Positions 51,559 to 61,003 of a stretch of DNA of 64,000 bases are shown here, piece after piece. The stretch is from positions 64,001 through 128,000 of the forward strand of contig CAWDPO010000015.1 in the NCBI GenBank assembly GCA_963804165.1, read 5' to 3'. The position numbers and the translations under genes are program-made. The notes under the pieces were generated by a model, which was not told where the DNA came from, did no database searches, and was given only the letters and a program-made list of their open reading frames with translations. The stretch comes from an uncultured delta proteobacterium (GTDB lineage Bacteria > Desulfobacterota > Binatia > UBA9968). The stretch's first letter is position 1; each line of letters opens with the position of its first letter.

Positions 51559-52527
51559 ATGGCGCTCACGAAGCCGATCAAAGGAATCATCGGTGCTTGT
51601 CTGACCCCGTTCGATGAGAACGACCGGGTAAATTACAAAGCCCTCGAGAAAGAAATCGATTTCATCGTTGCCGATTGCGATGCGATTACGATCGCCGCCG
51701 TGGAAGCCGCGGAGTACACCATGCTCTCGCGCGACGAGCGTAAAGAAGTCCTAAAAGTCGCCACGGAGATGGTGAACAGACGAGTGCCTGTGATTCTCGG
51801 CTGCTCGAGCCCGTCGCCCAAAGAGGTGTTAGAATTGGCGGAGTATTCGGCAAAAGTGGGCGGCGATCTGGTTCAGGTGTTGATGCCGCTACGGCCGTGG
51901 GGTGGCCAGCCGACCATCGCCGAGTTGATGGAATTTTATACTCAAGTCGCTTCGGCGAGCCCATTGCCGGTGACTTGTTACCATAACCCCGGGCCCGGCG
52001 CGGACCCACCGCAAGACGCTTTCGTTAAGATCAGCGAGATCGACAACATCCGCTATTTCAAGGAGAGCTCAAGAGACATCACGAAAATCTCGCGGTTGAT
52101 CGAACAGATAGATCTTGCGGGACGCGGTCATTATTTCACCACGATGCAGCCGCTTCTGGTTACGTTGATGCTCGGCGGTTCGGGCGCGACGATGCCGCCG
52201 CCGGGAACACGCATCGGTTCGCAGATTGTAAAAGCATTCAGGGCAGGGGATTTAGACAGGGCGCGCTTCTGGGCGCGTTGCTACGCGCTGTTTCCCGGCA
52301 AGTGGGCAGCCTATGGCCTGCCGCCGGTGATGAAGTCGGCGATGAAGCATTTCGGCGTCGACATCGGCAATCCTTGCCGGCCCTACGCGCCGGTGAGCCC
52401 GCGCGACCACGCGCAGATCGGTCAATTTCTGCGACAAGTGGGTTTGATCGGTGAAGCGGGACCGACGCCTCAAGCCTTGCTCGATGCCCAGGATACACTC
52501 CGGCAGGAAGATACCTTTCTGCGTTAG
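51559..52527 (+). CDS. DHDPS/NAL-family class I aldolase-like protein
   Basis: LTPFD, YHNP, Schiff-base FKESS motif. Confidence 0.85.
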   Translation: MALTKPIKGIIGACLTPFDENDRVNYKALEKEIDFIVADCDAITIAAVEAAEYTMLSRDERKEVLKVATEMVNRRVPVILGCSSPSPKEVLELAEYSAKVGGDLVQVLMPLRPWGGQPTIAELMEFYTQVASASPLPVTCYHNPGPGADPPQDAFVKISEIDNIRYFKESSRDITKISRLIEQIDLAGRGHYFTTMQPLLVTLMLGGSGATMPPPGTRIGSQIVKAFRAGDLDRARFWARCYALFPGKWAAYGLPPVMKSAMKHFGVDIGNPCRPYAPVSPRDHAQIGQFLRQVGLIGEAGPTPQALLDAQDTLRQEDTFLR

Positions 52528-52592
52528 CGAATCAGAATCGGAGAGTTGCAGAATCACCTGCGCACCCACAGCGCGCGACGGCGTAGTGATTT

Positions 52593-52775
52593 ATGGAATG
52601 GATCAAAGATCTGTCGGATAGATTGGTCATCTGGTTATTGCGAGCGTCTTCGGGATTCGGCAAAGAGCTGACAGCGGATGGCAAACGAGAACAGGAGCTC
52701 TGGCGCGAACAGCGGCTGCGCAATTTGCGCGGTTTGACCTTGCGCGCGCGGCAAGGCTTCGAACGCAAAGATTAG
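52593..52775 (+). CDS. Small hypothetical protein
   Basis: 60-aa ORF filling the gap between co-oriented genes. Confidence 0.4.
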   Translation: MEWIKDLSDRLVIWLLRASSGFGKELTADGKREQELWREQRLRNLRGLTLRARQGFERKD

Positions 52776-52797
52776 CCTCACCTCGCGTAAAGTTTTC

Positions 52798-53955
52798 ATG
52801 CAATTCTCAATCGGGCGCAAGAAAATCGTCATTCTCGGCGGCGGCTGCGGCGGCGTCGTCGCGGCGACCCACCTGGGCCGCAAGCTCGGCCGGGACCACG
52901 ATGTGATTCTTATCGACCGGCGCGCCGAGCATCTTTTCATGCCGGCATTTCTTTTTATCATGCTCGGTGAACGCCAGCCGCGCGATATCACCAGGAGCTT
53001 AGCATCGTTGGAGAAGCGCAACGTAAAAGTCATTCAGTCGGAAGTACTCGGCATCGATCCTGTTCGCCAGGAAGTTTCGTTTGAGAAAGAAAAAATCAAT
53101 TACGATTATCTGATCGTTTCTCTGGGTCTGCAAACGAGGCCTGATTTAGTTCCAGGTTTCGCCGAATCATCGCAGCACCCTTGGGAAATGGAATCTGCAG
53201 TGCGATTGCGTGACACGCTCGCGTCCTTTCGCGGCGGCAGAGTCGTCGTTGGGGTTCCGCTCGGGCCGTACCGCTGCCCGCCGGCGCCGTATGAAGCGCA
53301 ATGGATGCTCGACGGGTATTTCCGGCAAAGAGGCATTCGCGAGCGGGTCGAGATCGAATACTTCACGCGCGAAGCCGAACCCACCGGCGAGGCTCACGAT
53401 CCGGTGGTTTGGATGGACGCCGAAAGCAAACGGCGCGGCATCAAGCAAAACTACGAGTTCGTGGTTCGCTCCATCGATCCGGAACGAAGATTGGTCCAAG
53501 GCTTGTACAATTACAAAATACCTTACGACCTGCTGGTCATGGTGCCGCCGCACCGGCCGGCGCAGGTGTTGCTCGACAGCGGCCTAGCCGACACTGAAAC
53601 CGGTATTAGAGTGGATTACGACACGTTGGAAACCAAATGGGAAAACGTCTTCGCCATCGGCGACTGTGCCGACATGCCTGCGTCCAAAGCCGGCGGTGTG
53701 GCGCACCAGGAGGCCGACGTTCTGGCGCATAACTTGGCCGTTCAGATCACCGGCAAAGGTCGGCCGGTGGATCTCTGGCTGCACACGATATGACTGCTGG
53801 CGTTCGGCGCTGGACGCGCCGCCGCGAATCGAACGACTTATCCCACCGGCTGGCCGCCATTCGGCGTCACGGACCCAAAAACCTGGGGTCCGTCAAGAAT
53901 GATCTATTGGGCGAAAATCGGTTTCGAGAAATGGTGGCTCTGGCGTTACTTCTGA
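52798..53955 (+). CDS. SQR/FCSD-family FAD-dependent oxidoreductase with in-frame TGA at 53791 (candidate selenocysteine)
   Basis: ILGGGCGG, YRCPPAPYE, VFAIGD, SKAG..A; same frame continues 53 codons after TGA, ending PSRMIYWAKIGFEKWWLWRYF, a typical SQR C-terminus. Confidence 0.88.
53805..53821 (+). promoter_or_regulatory. Candidate bacterial SECIS hairpin
   Basis: CGGCGC-TGGAC-GCGCCG stem-loop starting 11 nt after the in-frame TGA. Confidence 0.6.
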
Positions 53956-54090
53956 TCTTGGACTCTCATTGAAAACTAGAATCTCAATGCTCTCGGTTCG
54001 CACGCTAATTCTTGCTGTGCAGCGGAGGGGAGAAGGCGATGTTCGGTCTTTGCCTTAGGACGGGTGGATCGAAAATCACCTTGGATATAA

Positions 54091-54118
54091 AGTTTACATA
54101 ATATCTCTTATCAGACGT
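54091..54118 (-). other. dif-like XerCD recombination site
   Basis: Minus strand ACGTCTGATAA-GAGATA-TTATGTAAACT, 11-6-11 layout with XerD-type arm; intergenic between convergent genes. Confidence 0.8.
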
Positions 54119-54140
54119 TCTCGATACTAATAAAATTGCT

Positions 54141-54824
54141 CTATTTTGCCGGTGCCGGCACCGAACTCCTCGCTTCCAATTCCGCCACTTTTACAGCCAA
54201 CGGTGAGCCGGGGTTCTCCTTCACATAATCCTTGTAAGCTTGCACCGCTGTCTTCGTGTCACCCAGCTGCTCGGCGCAGCGCGCCTTGCCGAGCACAGCA
54301 CGGGACTGTAACGCGCCGACGATTTTTTCCGCCTCGGCAAAGTGTTCGATGGCCGCTTTACACTGTTTCAACTGTTCTTCGGTCTCCGCTCGCGTGACGA
54401 GCGCTATCTGCCGATACAGGCTGTCGGGTTTGGTGGCGACCACGGAGCGCTCGGCTGCGTTGAGCGCCTTGTCAAGTTGATTCGTCGCCAAATAACTGTT
54501 GGCGAGATAAATATGCGCTAGCACTGAATAGCGGGACCATCGGAAGGTTTGGGTTTTTTCGAAGCCGGCAATCGCGTCGCTATATTTTTGATTCTGGTAC
54601 AATGACAATGCTCGGGTGAATTCGCGTGACGCCGAGACGTTCTGGGATTCCTTAAATGACTGCCAAGCCCACAATGCCAAGGCTAATATAATGATAGCAG
54701 CCGTTGCCGCGAGGACGGCCGTTTTGTGCCCGCCGAGGTACTCCAAAGCGGAGTCGGAGCCGACCTGAAACCAGTCGGGTTGACGCAATTGTTTTCTGCT
54801 GATGCGTCTGCTTGCAGTTGCCAT
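54141..54824 (-). CDS. Membrane-anchored TPR protein (YfgM-like)
   Basis: RK.L..PD.F N-terminus, single TM, helical TPR-like repeats. Confidence 0.8.
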   Translation of the reverse strand: MATASRRISRKQLRQPDWFQVGSDSALEYLGGHKTAVLAATAAIIILALALWAWQSFKESQNVSASREFTRALSLYQNQKYSDAIAGFEKTQTFRWSRYSVLAHIYLANSYLATNQLDKALNAAERSVVATKPDSLYRQIALVTRAETEEQLKQCKAAIEHFAEAEKIVGALQSRAVLGKARCAEQLGDTKTAVQAYKDYVKENPGSPLAVKVAELEARSSVPAPAK

Positions 54825-54910
54825 GAGTCTATTGACGTGCGGCAGACAGAGTAAAACTACACTTCTGCTTGGGTATGACGGGCAGTGTAATTTGCCAGAG
54901 AACGATAAGT

Positions 54911-55438
54911 CTACTGCTTATACTTAAAATCGTCCGGCCCCATTTTTTCTAAAATTTCCGCCCATTTTTCCTTGGAGACGTTGGAGACGTTTTCAACTCC
55001 GCGCTCGTTGGCGTCCTCGTTTTGCTGTAGCATGCTCGAGGCCTCGAGCACGGCCTTAGCGACATAGATCGGGCTTTTCGTGCGTAGTGCCAACGCGATC
55101 GCATCGCTTGGACGCGAATCGATCATCACCTCGCGGCCAGCCAATTTAAGATTGACGGCGGCGTAGTAGGTATTTTCCTTGAGCTCGGTGATCTCCACGC
55201 TTTCGACGGAGCAACCGACTTCCCCAAGAATCGATTTGAGTAGATCGTGGGTCATCGGGCGCGCCATCTTGATCCCTTCGATTTCAGTGGCCATGGCGGT
55301 GGCTTCTAAAAGACCGATCCAGATCGGCAGATTGAGCTTGTTTTCGGTATCCTTAAGGATAACGATGGGCGTCTTGGTGACCGGGTCCAGCGTCAAGCCG
55401 CCGACTGCCATTTGGATGGTATCTTCTCTTTTCATCAT
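54911..55438 (-). CDS. Bifunctional nuclease family protein (DUF151)
   Basis: LPIWIG..EA, RPMTHDL, IDSRPSDAIALALR. Confidence 0.92.
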   Translation of the reverse strand: MMKREDTIQMAVGGLTLDPVTKTPIVILKDTENKLNLPIWIGLLEATAMATEIEGIKMARPMTHDLLKSILGEVGCSVESVEITELKENTYYAAVNLKLAGREVMIDSRPSDAIALALRTKSPIYVAKAVLEASSMLQQNEDANERGVENVSNVSKEKWAEILEKMGPDDFKYKQ

Positions 55439-56805
55439 GCCATGTCCCCTTTTAATAACTGGGAGTTCAAATAAGGTGTATCCGAGAAAGCGTCGCCAAT
55501 CAACGAGTTCGCCGTCGCGCCGGTAATTCTCACCGGTAACATTCTACCGACGAAATTCTCCGGTCCGATCACGTTGACGATTCGATTGCCGCGCGTGCGG
55601 CCCATCACTTGCCCGTTCCTCAATTTCGACCGCCCGTCGACCAATATTTCCTCCAGCTTGCCGATCCGTTGGCGATTCTTTACCAGTGATGTTTGCCGTT
55701 GCAGCGCTTGCACGGTCTGTAGACGGTGACTCTTTATTTCACTGGGAATGTCATCGTCGTAAAGTTTTCCTGATACCGTTTGCGGCCGTGGCGAATAACA
55801 GAACGAATAAATTTCATCATACTGCACTTGCTTCAGCAATTCTAGGGTTTGTTGGAATTCCGCGTCGCTTTCGCCGGGAAATCCAACGATGATGTCGGTG
55901 CTGAGCGCGACGTCGGAGCGGCGCTCACGCAGGCGCTCGATGCGGCTTAAATATTCGTCGCGCGTATAACCGCGCCGCATGCGCGCCAGGACGCTGTCGG
56001 CGCCTGACTGGACGGGTAAATGCAGATGCTCGCAAAGATGGTCAAGCGTGGCGAACGCCTCGATCAGTTCCGGCGAGAGATCCTGCGGATGGGAAGTCGT
56101 AAAACGAATCCTGCGCAGGCCGTCGATCGCATCGATACGAGCTAAAAGTTGTGCAAAGCTCAACTCGCCCTGTGTGAGCTTGCCGTACGAGTTAACATTT
56201 TGTCCCAATAGCATCACTTCGATGAAGCCCTTGGCGACTAACGATTCGACTTCAGCGATAATCTTGGCGCTCGGCCGGCTGAGTTCACGGCCGCGCACAT
56301 GGGGCACGATGCAAAAGCTGCAAACCTTGTTGCATCCTTGCATGATGGTCACGAAGGCTTTGACGCCGTGCACTTCCGTTTGCCCGTCGGTGTCCTCCAT
56401 ATACGCCGGATCGCGGTAGAACGCGATTTCCACCGGCCGTGCCTGCGATTCCTGGACTTGCTCGACCATTTGCGGAAGCTTATGAATATTATGCGTGCCA
56501 AACACCAAATCGAGGTGCGGCACCCGTTTCAGCAGATTCGCGCCCTCTTGCTGCGCGACGCAGCCGCCGACGCCGATAATCACGCCGTCGCGATTGTTCT
56601 TGTATTCCTTCCAGCTGCCGAGCGCGCTGTAAACTTTTTGTTCCGCTTTATCCCGTACGCTGCAGGTGTTGAGCAAAATCAGGTCAGCCGCGTCGATCCG
56701 CTCGGTTTGGTCATAGCCGTGGCGCGCCATGACTTGTACGATTCGTTCCGAATCATACTGATTCATCTGACAGCCATAGGTTTGGATAAAGACCGTCTTA
56801 TTCAT
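55435..56805 (-). CDS. miaB: tRNA-2-methylthio-N6-isopentenyladenosine synthase
   Basis: TYGCQMN.YDS, NTCSVR.KAE, GCVAQ, CNKVCSFC, RFTTSHP, C-terminal TRAM. Confidence 0.95.
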   Translation of the reverse strand: MNKTVFIQTYGCQMNQYDSERIVQVMARHGYDQTERIDAADLILLNTCSVRDKAEQKVYSALGSWKEYKNNRDGVIIGVGGCVAQQEGANLLKRVPHLDLVFGTHNIHKLPQMVEQVQESQARPVEIAFYRDPAYMEDTDGQTEVHGVKAFVTIMQGCNKVCSFCIVPHVRGRELSRPSAKIIAEVESLVAKGFIEVMLLGQNVNSYGKLTQGELSFAQLLARIDAIDGLRRIRFTTSHPQDLSPELIEAFATLDHLCEHLHLPVQSGADSVLARMRRGYTRDEYLSRIERLRERRSDVALSTDIIVGFPGESDAEFQQTLELLKQVQYDEIYSFCYSPRPQTVSGKLYDDDIPSEIKSHRLQTVQALQRQTSLVKNRQRIGKLEEILVDGRSKLRNGQVMGRTRGNRIVNVIGPENFVGRMLPVRITGATANSLIGDAFSDTPYLNSQLLKGDMA

Positions 56806-58208
56806 GGGGCAATCAAATCGACGATTTTATAAAGCTGAGTAATGCTCCGGCACTCTTCGGCGACGTGACAATGGGGCGCGTAGCGCGGCATTTCACTGTC
56901 GCCGATGCCCCAGGTCATGCGGCTTTCGGGATTCAACCAGATCAGTTGCTTGGCTTTCTGCTGGATCTCGCGCAGCACCCAATCGTTGGGACGATTGTAG
57001 TTATTGCGCCCGTCACCGATGATCAGCACCGTCGTCTTGCTATTTACCGCCGAGAAAAAGTTCTTGTAGAACTGTTCGAAGGCGCGGCCAAAATTAGAGT
57101 GGGAAAAAACGTCGATGACGTCGCCTTTCAGGGCCGCTTCGACCGCCGCCTGAATATCATTTTCTTCGAACAACTTCGTGACCTCGCCGATCTCCGCGAC
57201 GAACACGAAACTGCGCACCTTGGAATAGAGATCCTGCACCGAGTAGACAAACTGCAGCATGAAACGCGACGCGTTGAGCACCGAATCAGAAATGTCGCAT
57301 AGGACCATCACCTGCGGTTTGGTTTTCTTGCGCCGGTCGAGCCGGATATGAAACGGCACGCCGCCGTACTGCAGATTCGAGCGCAGCGTTTTTTTGACGT
57401 CGAAGCGGCCGCGTGCAGCCTTCTTGCGCCGCACCGACAAGCGATTTTTCAGCCGCTGTGCCAGACGGGCGACTGCGTCGTTCATGCGCCGGATATCGTC
57501 TTCGGTGTAGAACGCGAAGCTCTTGTCGGCCAGCGAACTGCGCTGGGAAAAGTCCCTCGGTTCTACGCCTTTTTTGCGCTGCTCCTGCTGGATAACTTCC
57601 CGCAACAGCCGGTTCAAGTCGCGCATGCGCTCGTCGAGGTAGCGCAAAACATTTGGCAAATCCTCGCCGTTTTCGCCGAGCATTTGCAGCATGCCCTTGA
57701 AGCGCTCGATCTCGCTTTGCACCCGGTCGAGCTGCAAGCGCGCCGCCATTCGGGTATAAGGCGTAAAACGAAAACTATCCGGCGTACCTTGCTCCATTTC
57801 CTGCTGGATTGCGTCTCGAAGCAACCGTTCGAGCTCGCCGCGATTGTTGTTCAGTAATGCGCGCGTCAGCTCGGAAAGATCCCCTTCCATTTCCTTGAGC
57901 AAGCGCTGGATCTGTTCGAGCATCTGTTGAAACTGTTCGGGCGATAACCCGAGTTCCTCCATAATGCGCCGGTCGATCGTATCGAGTGCTTGACCGATGC
58001 CCAAGAAAAAATAATCGAACAGCTCTTCGAAGGGCTTGACGTCGCTGACGCGTTTGACCAGCGTGGTGCGCAACGTGTGGCGAAAAAGCAATGGATCTTC
58101 GATGCCGATCAACTCGAGAGCACGAAACGCGTCCATGTTTTCGGACGGTGACACGTGGATGCCGTTGCGTCGCAATACACCGGCAAATTCGATAAGACGC
58201 TCTTCCAT
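56802..58208 (-). CDS. VWA-domain protein (CoxE-like)
   Basis: CDISDSV MIDAS, IIGDGRNN, WLNPE...W..GDS.M. Confidence 0.88.
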   Translation of the reverse strand: MEERLIEFAGVLRRNGIHVSPSENMDAFRALELIGIEDPLLFRHTLRTTLVKRVSDVKPFEELFDYFFLGIGQALDTIDRRIMEELGLSPEQFQQMLEQIQRLLKEMEGDLSELTRALLNNNRGELERLLRDAIQQEMEQGTPDSFRFTPYTRMAARLQLDRVQSEIERFKGMLQMLGENGEDLPNVLRYLDERMRDLNRLLREVIQQEQRKKGVEPRDFSQRSSLADKSFAFYTEDDIRRMNDAVARLAQRLKNRLSVRRKKAARGRFDVKKTLRSNLQYGGVPFHIRLDRRKKTKPQVMVLCDISDSVLNASRFMLQFVYSVQDLYSKVRSFVFVAEIGEVTKLFEENDIQAAVEAALKGDVIDVFSHSNFGRAFEQFYKNFFSAVNSKTTVLIIGDGRNNYNRPNDWVLREIQQKAKQLIWLNPESRMTWGIGDSEMPRYAPHCHVAEECRSITQLYKIVDLIAP

Positions 58209-58222
58209 GCGAAACCAGCCGG

Positions 58223-59182
58223 TTAGTGCAGATGATCTTTGTCGCTGCCGGCGACTCCGGGACGTTGCGCCTGCTTTTCGGCGAGGTAAGCTTTCAACTC
58301 CTGATGCGCCTTGCGGATGTCGGCCTCGTATTTCATCAACGTGGAAAGAGTCTCTTCTACCAGGTCATGGTCGAGCTCTTTGATATTGAGCAAAGTCAAC
58401 GCACGCACCCAGTCGAGGGTTTCGCTGATGCTCGGAGTTTTCTTCAAATCCAATTTTCGCAGACGGTGCAGCAGCCGTACAACTTCATCGGCGAGCTGAT
58501 TGCCGACATCGGGTACTTTGAGCTTGATAATTTCCATTTCGCGCTGAGAATCGGGGAAATCTATATAAAGGTGCAGACAGCGCCTCTTGAGAGCGTCCGA
58601 CATTTCACGGCTGTTGTTACTGGTTAATATGACCAGTGGAACCTGCTTTGCCTTGAGGGTGCCGATCTCCGGGACTGAAATTTGAAAATCGCTCAAGATC
58701 TCCAGGAGAAACGCTTCAAACTCCGCGTCGGATTTATCAACCTCATCAATCAGCAACACGCAGCGTTTTTCCGAGAGCAAGGCCCGTAGCAACGGGCGCG
58801 GCAACAAAAATCGATCGGAAAAAAACACGCCGTCCTGATTGGCGACGCAATCGACCGCTTCCTGCAGCGTCTGCGAACCTTGCAAAATGTCGCCGATCTT
58901 TTCCTTGAGAATCTGCGTGTAGAGAAGCTGCTTGGCGTATTCCCACTCGTAAAGCGCCTTGGCTTCGTCGAGGCCTTCGTAGCACTGCAAGCGTATGAGC
59001 TCCATGCCGAGCGTCTCGGCTAGCACTTTACCCAGCTCCGTCTTGCCCACTCCAGCCGGCCCTTCGACCAGTATCGGTTTTTGCAAAGTCGTGCCGAGGT
59101 AAACGACGGTCGCAACATTCTTGTTGCAGATATATTTTTGCGTGCCGAAACCCGCGATGACATCATTGACGGATTGAAACAT
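58223..59182 (-). CDS. MoxR-family AAA+ ATPase (CoxD-like)
   Basis: EGPAGVGKT, RLQCYEGLD, LIDEVDK, DALKRRC. Confidence 0.9.
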   Translation of the reverse strand: MFQSVNDVIAGFGTQKYICNKNVATVVYLGTTLQKPILVEGPAGVGKTELGKVLAETLGMELIRLQCYEGLDEAKALYEWEYAKQLLYTQILKEKIGDILQGSQTLQEAVDCVANQDGVFFSDRFLLPRPLLRALLSEKRCVLLIDEVDKSDAEFEAFLLEILSDFQISVPEIGTLKAKQVPLVILTSNNSREMSDALKRRCLHLYIDFPDSQREMEIIKLKVPDVGNQLADEVVRLLHRLRKLDLKKTPSISETLDWVRALTLLNIKELDHDLVEETLSTLMKYEADIRKAHQELKAYLAEKQAQRPGVAGSDKDHLH

Positions 59183-59282
59183 GGCGTCCCTTTCCAATTT
59201 TTTCAAGCTAACACAAAGCCTCATTGACGACAATCAAGCGGCACGTTTGCAGATACGCGACCATTCTGCAAAGCTTGGTCGC

Positions 59283-60047
59283 GTGTGTACTCTGGCATTG
59301 TATTTTCGCATGTTTGAGGATTATCCACTGGTGGTCGCCGCCAACCGGGACGAACAATATGACCGGCCGTCGTTGCCGCCGACCTTGTTGGCGACGACGC
59401 CAAAGATTATTGCGGGAAAAGATCTTCGCGCTGGCGGCACTTGGCTGGGTGTCAACGAAACGGGCTTGGTGACGGGTATTCTTAACCGCCATTTCGATGG
59501 GCAGAATTCCGTTGCCGCGGGCGCCCGCTCCCGCGGCTTGCTCTGTATGGACCTACTCGAGCGCTCGTCGGTCGTCGGGGCGAATGAATTAATTCAAACT
59601 GATCGATTCCGTTACAATCCGTTTACCCTGCTTTTCGCGGACAGAACCGATGCTTTCGTTGCCTACAATGACGAGCAAAGAATTATCACCCAGAAACTCG
59701 ATCGAGGGCTTCACGTGTTCAGCAGCGCTGGCGCTTTTGATTTGCATTCGGCAAAGGCAGAGCGCGCCTACGCGCTTTTCGGGCGGCCGGAAATCCGCAC
59801 GAGTGTTGCGCGCGGCGATTTGAGCGACTCAGTCGCCGCGCTGCAAGCGGTGCTGGCCGATCATTCGCTTGCGCCAGGCTCGGACAATCCAGGCGACGCC
59901 ATCTGTGTTCATCGCGACGGCTCGGGAACGGTCTCGTCGAACATTCTGATCTATTCCCAATCGCAGTCTCGTTTTGAGAGTTTCTTCTGCGCCGGTCCGC
60001 CTTGTCGCAACCGTTTCGGCGACGCCATGACTCTTACCGTCCGGTGA
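59283..60047 (+). CDS. NRDE (TANGO2) family protein
   Basis: Start (V/M)CTL, AANRDE, D..AGGTWLGVN, SRG.L, C.H....GT.S. Confidence 0.9.
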   Translation: MCTLALYFRMFEDYPLVVAANRDEQYDRPSLPPTLLATTPKIIAGKDLRAGGTWLGVNETGLVTGILNRHFDGQNSVAAGARSRGLLCMDLLERSSVVGANELIQTDRFRYNPFTLLFADRTDAFVAYNDEQRIITQKLDRGLHVFSSAGAFDLHSAKAERAYALFGRPEIRTSVARGDLSDSVAALQAVLADHSLAPGSDNPGDAICVHRDGSGTVSSNILIYSQSQSRFESFFCAGPPCRNRFGDAMTLTVR

Positions 60048-60760
60048 GCAATCAAACGAAAGTAAAACAAGCGGCGACCGTAATCCTGCTGCGACGGGCG
60101 GCGCCGAAAGGGTTCGAAGTATTCCTTACTCGGCGTCCCGACACGATGCCGTTTCTTGGCGGCATGTATTGTTACCCCGGCGGCGCCGTGATCAAGGAAG
60201 ATTATGGCTCTCGAGTGATCGAACGGTCTTGGGGAGTGACCGGTGATCAAGCGCGTAAGCGTATCGGGGCGCACTTCAGTCCACAAAAGGCCCTCGGGTT
60301 TTGGATTGCCGGGATTCGCGAACTGTTCGAAGAGGTCGGAGTATTACTGGCCGTCGATCCCTCCGGCGCGCGCGTTCTGATGAGTCGAACGCGAGCAAAG
60401 CGACTGGCGCAAAATCGCCACGCGCTGCTCAACAAATCGCTGAGTTTCGTTGCACTGCTCGAAAACGAAGATCTATGCTGCGATCTATCGAGCCTGGCAT
60501 ACTTGTCTCATTGGCAGACGCCGGCGCACACTTCACTGCGTTTTGACACGCGATTCTTTCTGGTCGCGTTGCCCGAAGACCAAACTCCAATGTCGACTTC
60601 CTACGAGGTTGCCCACAGTCTCTGGCTTACTCCCGACCGTGCGATCCAGCTCTTTGAGCGTGGCGAGTTGCCGTTGATATTTCCAACTTTCGCGACCCTC
60701 CGAATGTTGGCAGATTTCGAAACTCTGGAGAGCGTGTTCAAAGATTTTGACGGTCGTTGA
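60044..60760 (+). CDS. NUDIX hydrolase (Nudt19-like)
   Basis: AATVILLR, PGG, RELFEEVG, HW.TP....RFDTRFF. Confidence 0.88.
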   Translation: MSNQTKVKQAATVILLRRAAPKGFEVFLTRRPDTMPFLGGMYCYPGGAVIKEDYGSRVIERSWGVTGDQARKRIGAHFSPQKALGFWIAGIRELFEEVGVLLAVDPSGARVLMSRTRAKRLAQNRHALLNKSLSFVALLENEDLCCDLSSLAYLSHWQTPAHTSLRFDTRFFLVALPEDQTPMSTSYEVAHSLWLTPDRAIQLFERGELPLIFPTFATLRMLADFETLESVFKDFDGR

Positions 60761-61003
60761 ATCGGGCCGAATTCGGCGGACGCTGCCGCGTCAATGATTT
60801 CGGGAGTGATACTGAGGGATCGTCCCTTCGAACGCGCACGCATGTTAGTTTGCTCGTAAAGTCATTTGCCGACATAATTCCGCTCGCTTCGAGCGTTGTC
60901 ATTGAATTGGCACGGCTAGTCGGTTAATTTGAAAGCTCTCACGCGGGTTGTCGCCCCTTGGGATTTTCCTGTTGCGCTACATTCAACTGCTAGAACGAAC
61001 GAC

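Noticed and set aside
53791-53793. TGA as Trp under an alternative genetic code
   Set aside because: TGA is the normal stop for many genes here (mutS, glnD, trpS), and the position corresponds to Cys rather than Trp
56802-59182. CoxD/CoxE pair as evidence of a CO dehydrogenase cluster
   Set aside because: No coxLMS nearby; MoxR-VWA pairs are general chaperones
60908-60925. Sigma54 promoter (TGGCAC) before the MFS gene
   Set aside because: The -12 TTGC element is missing
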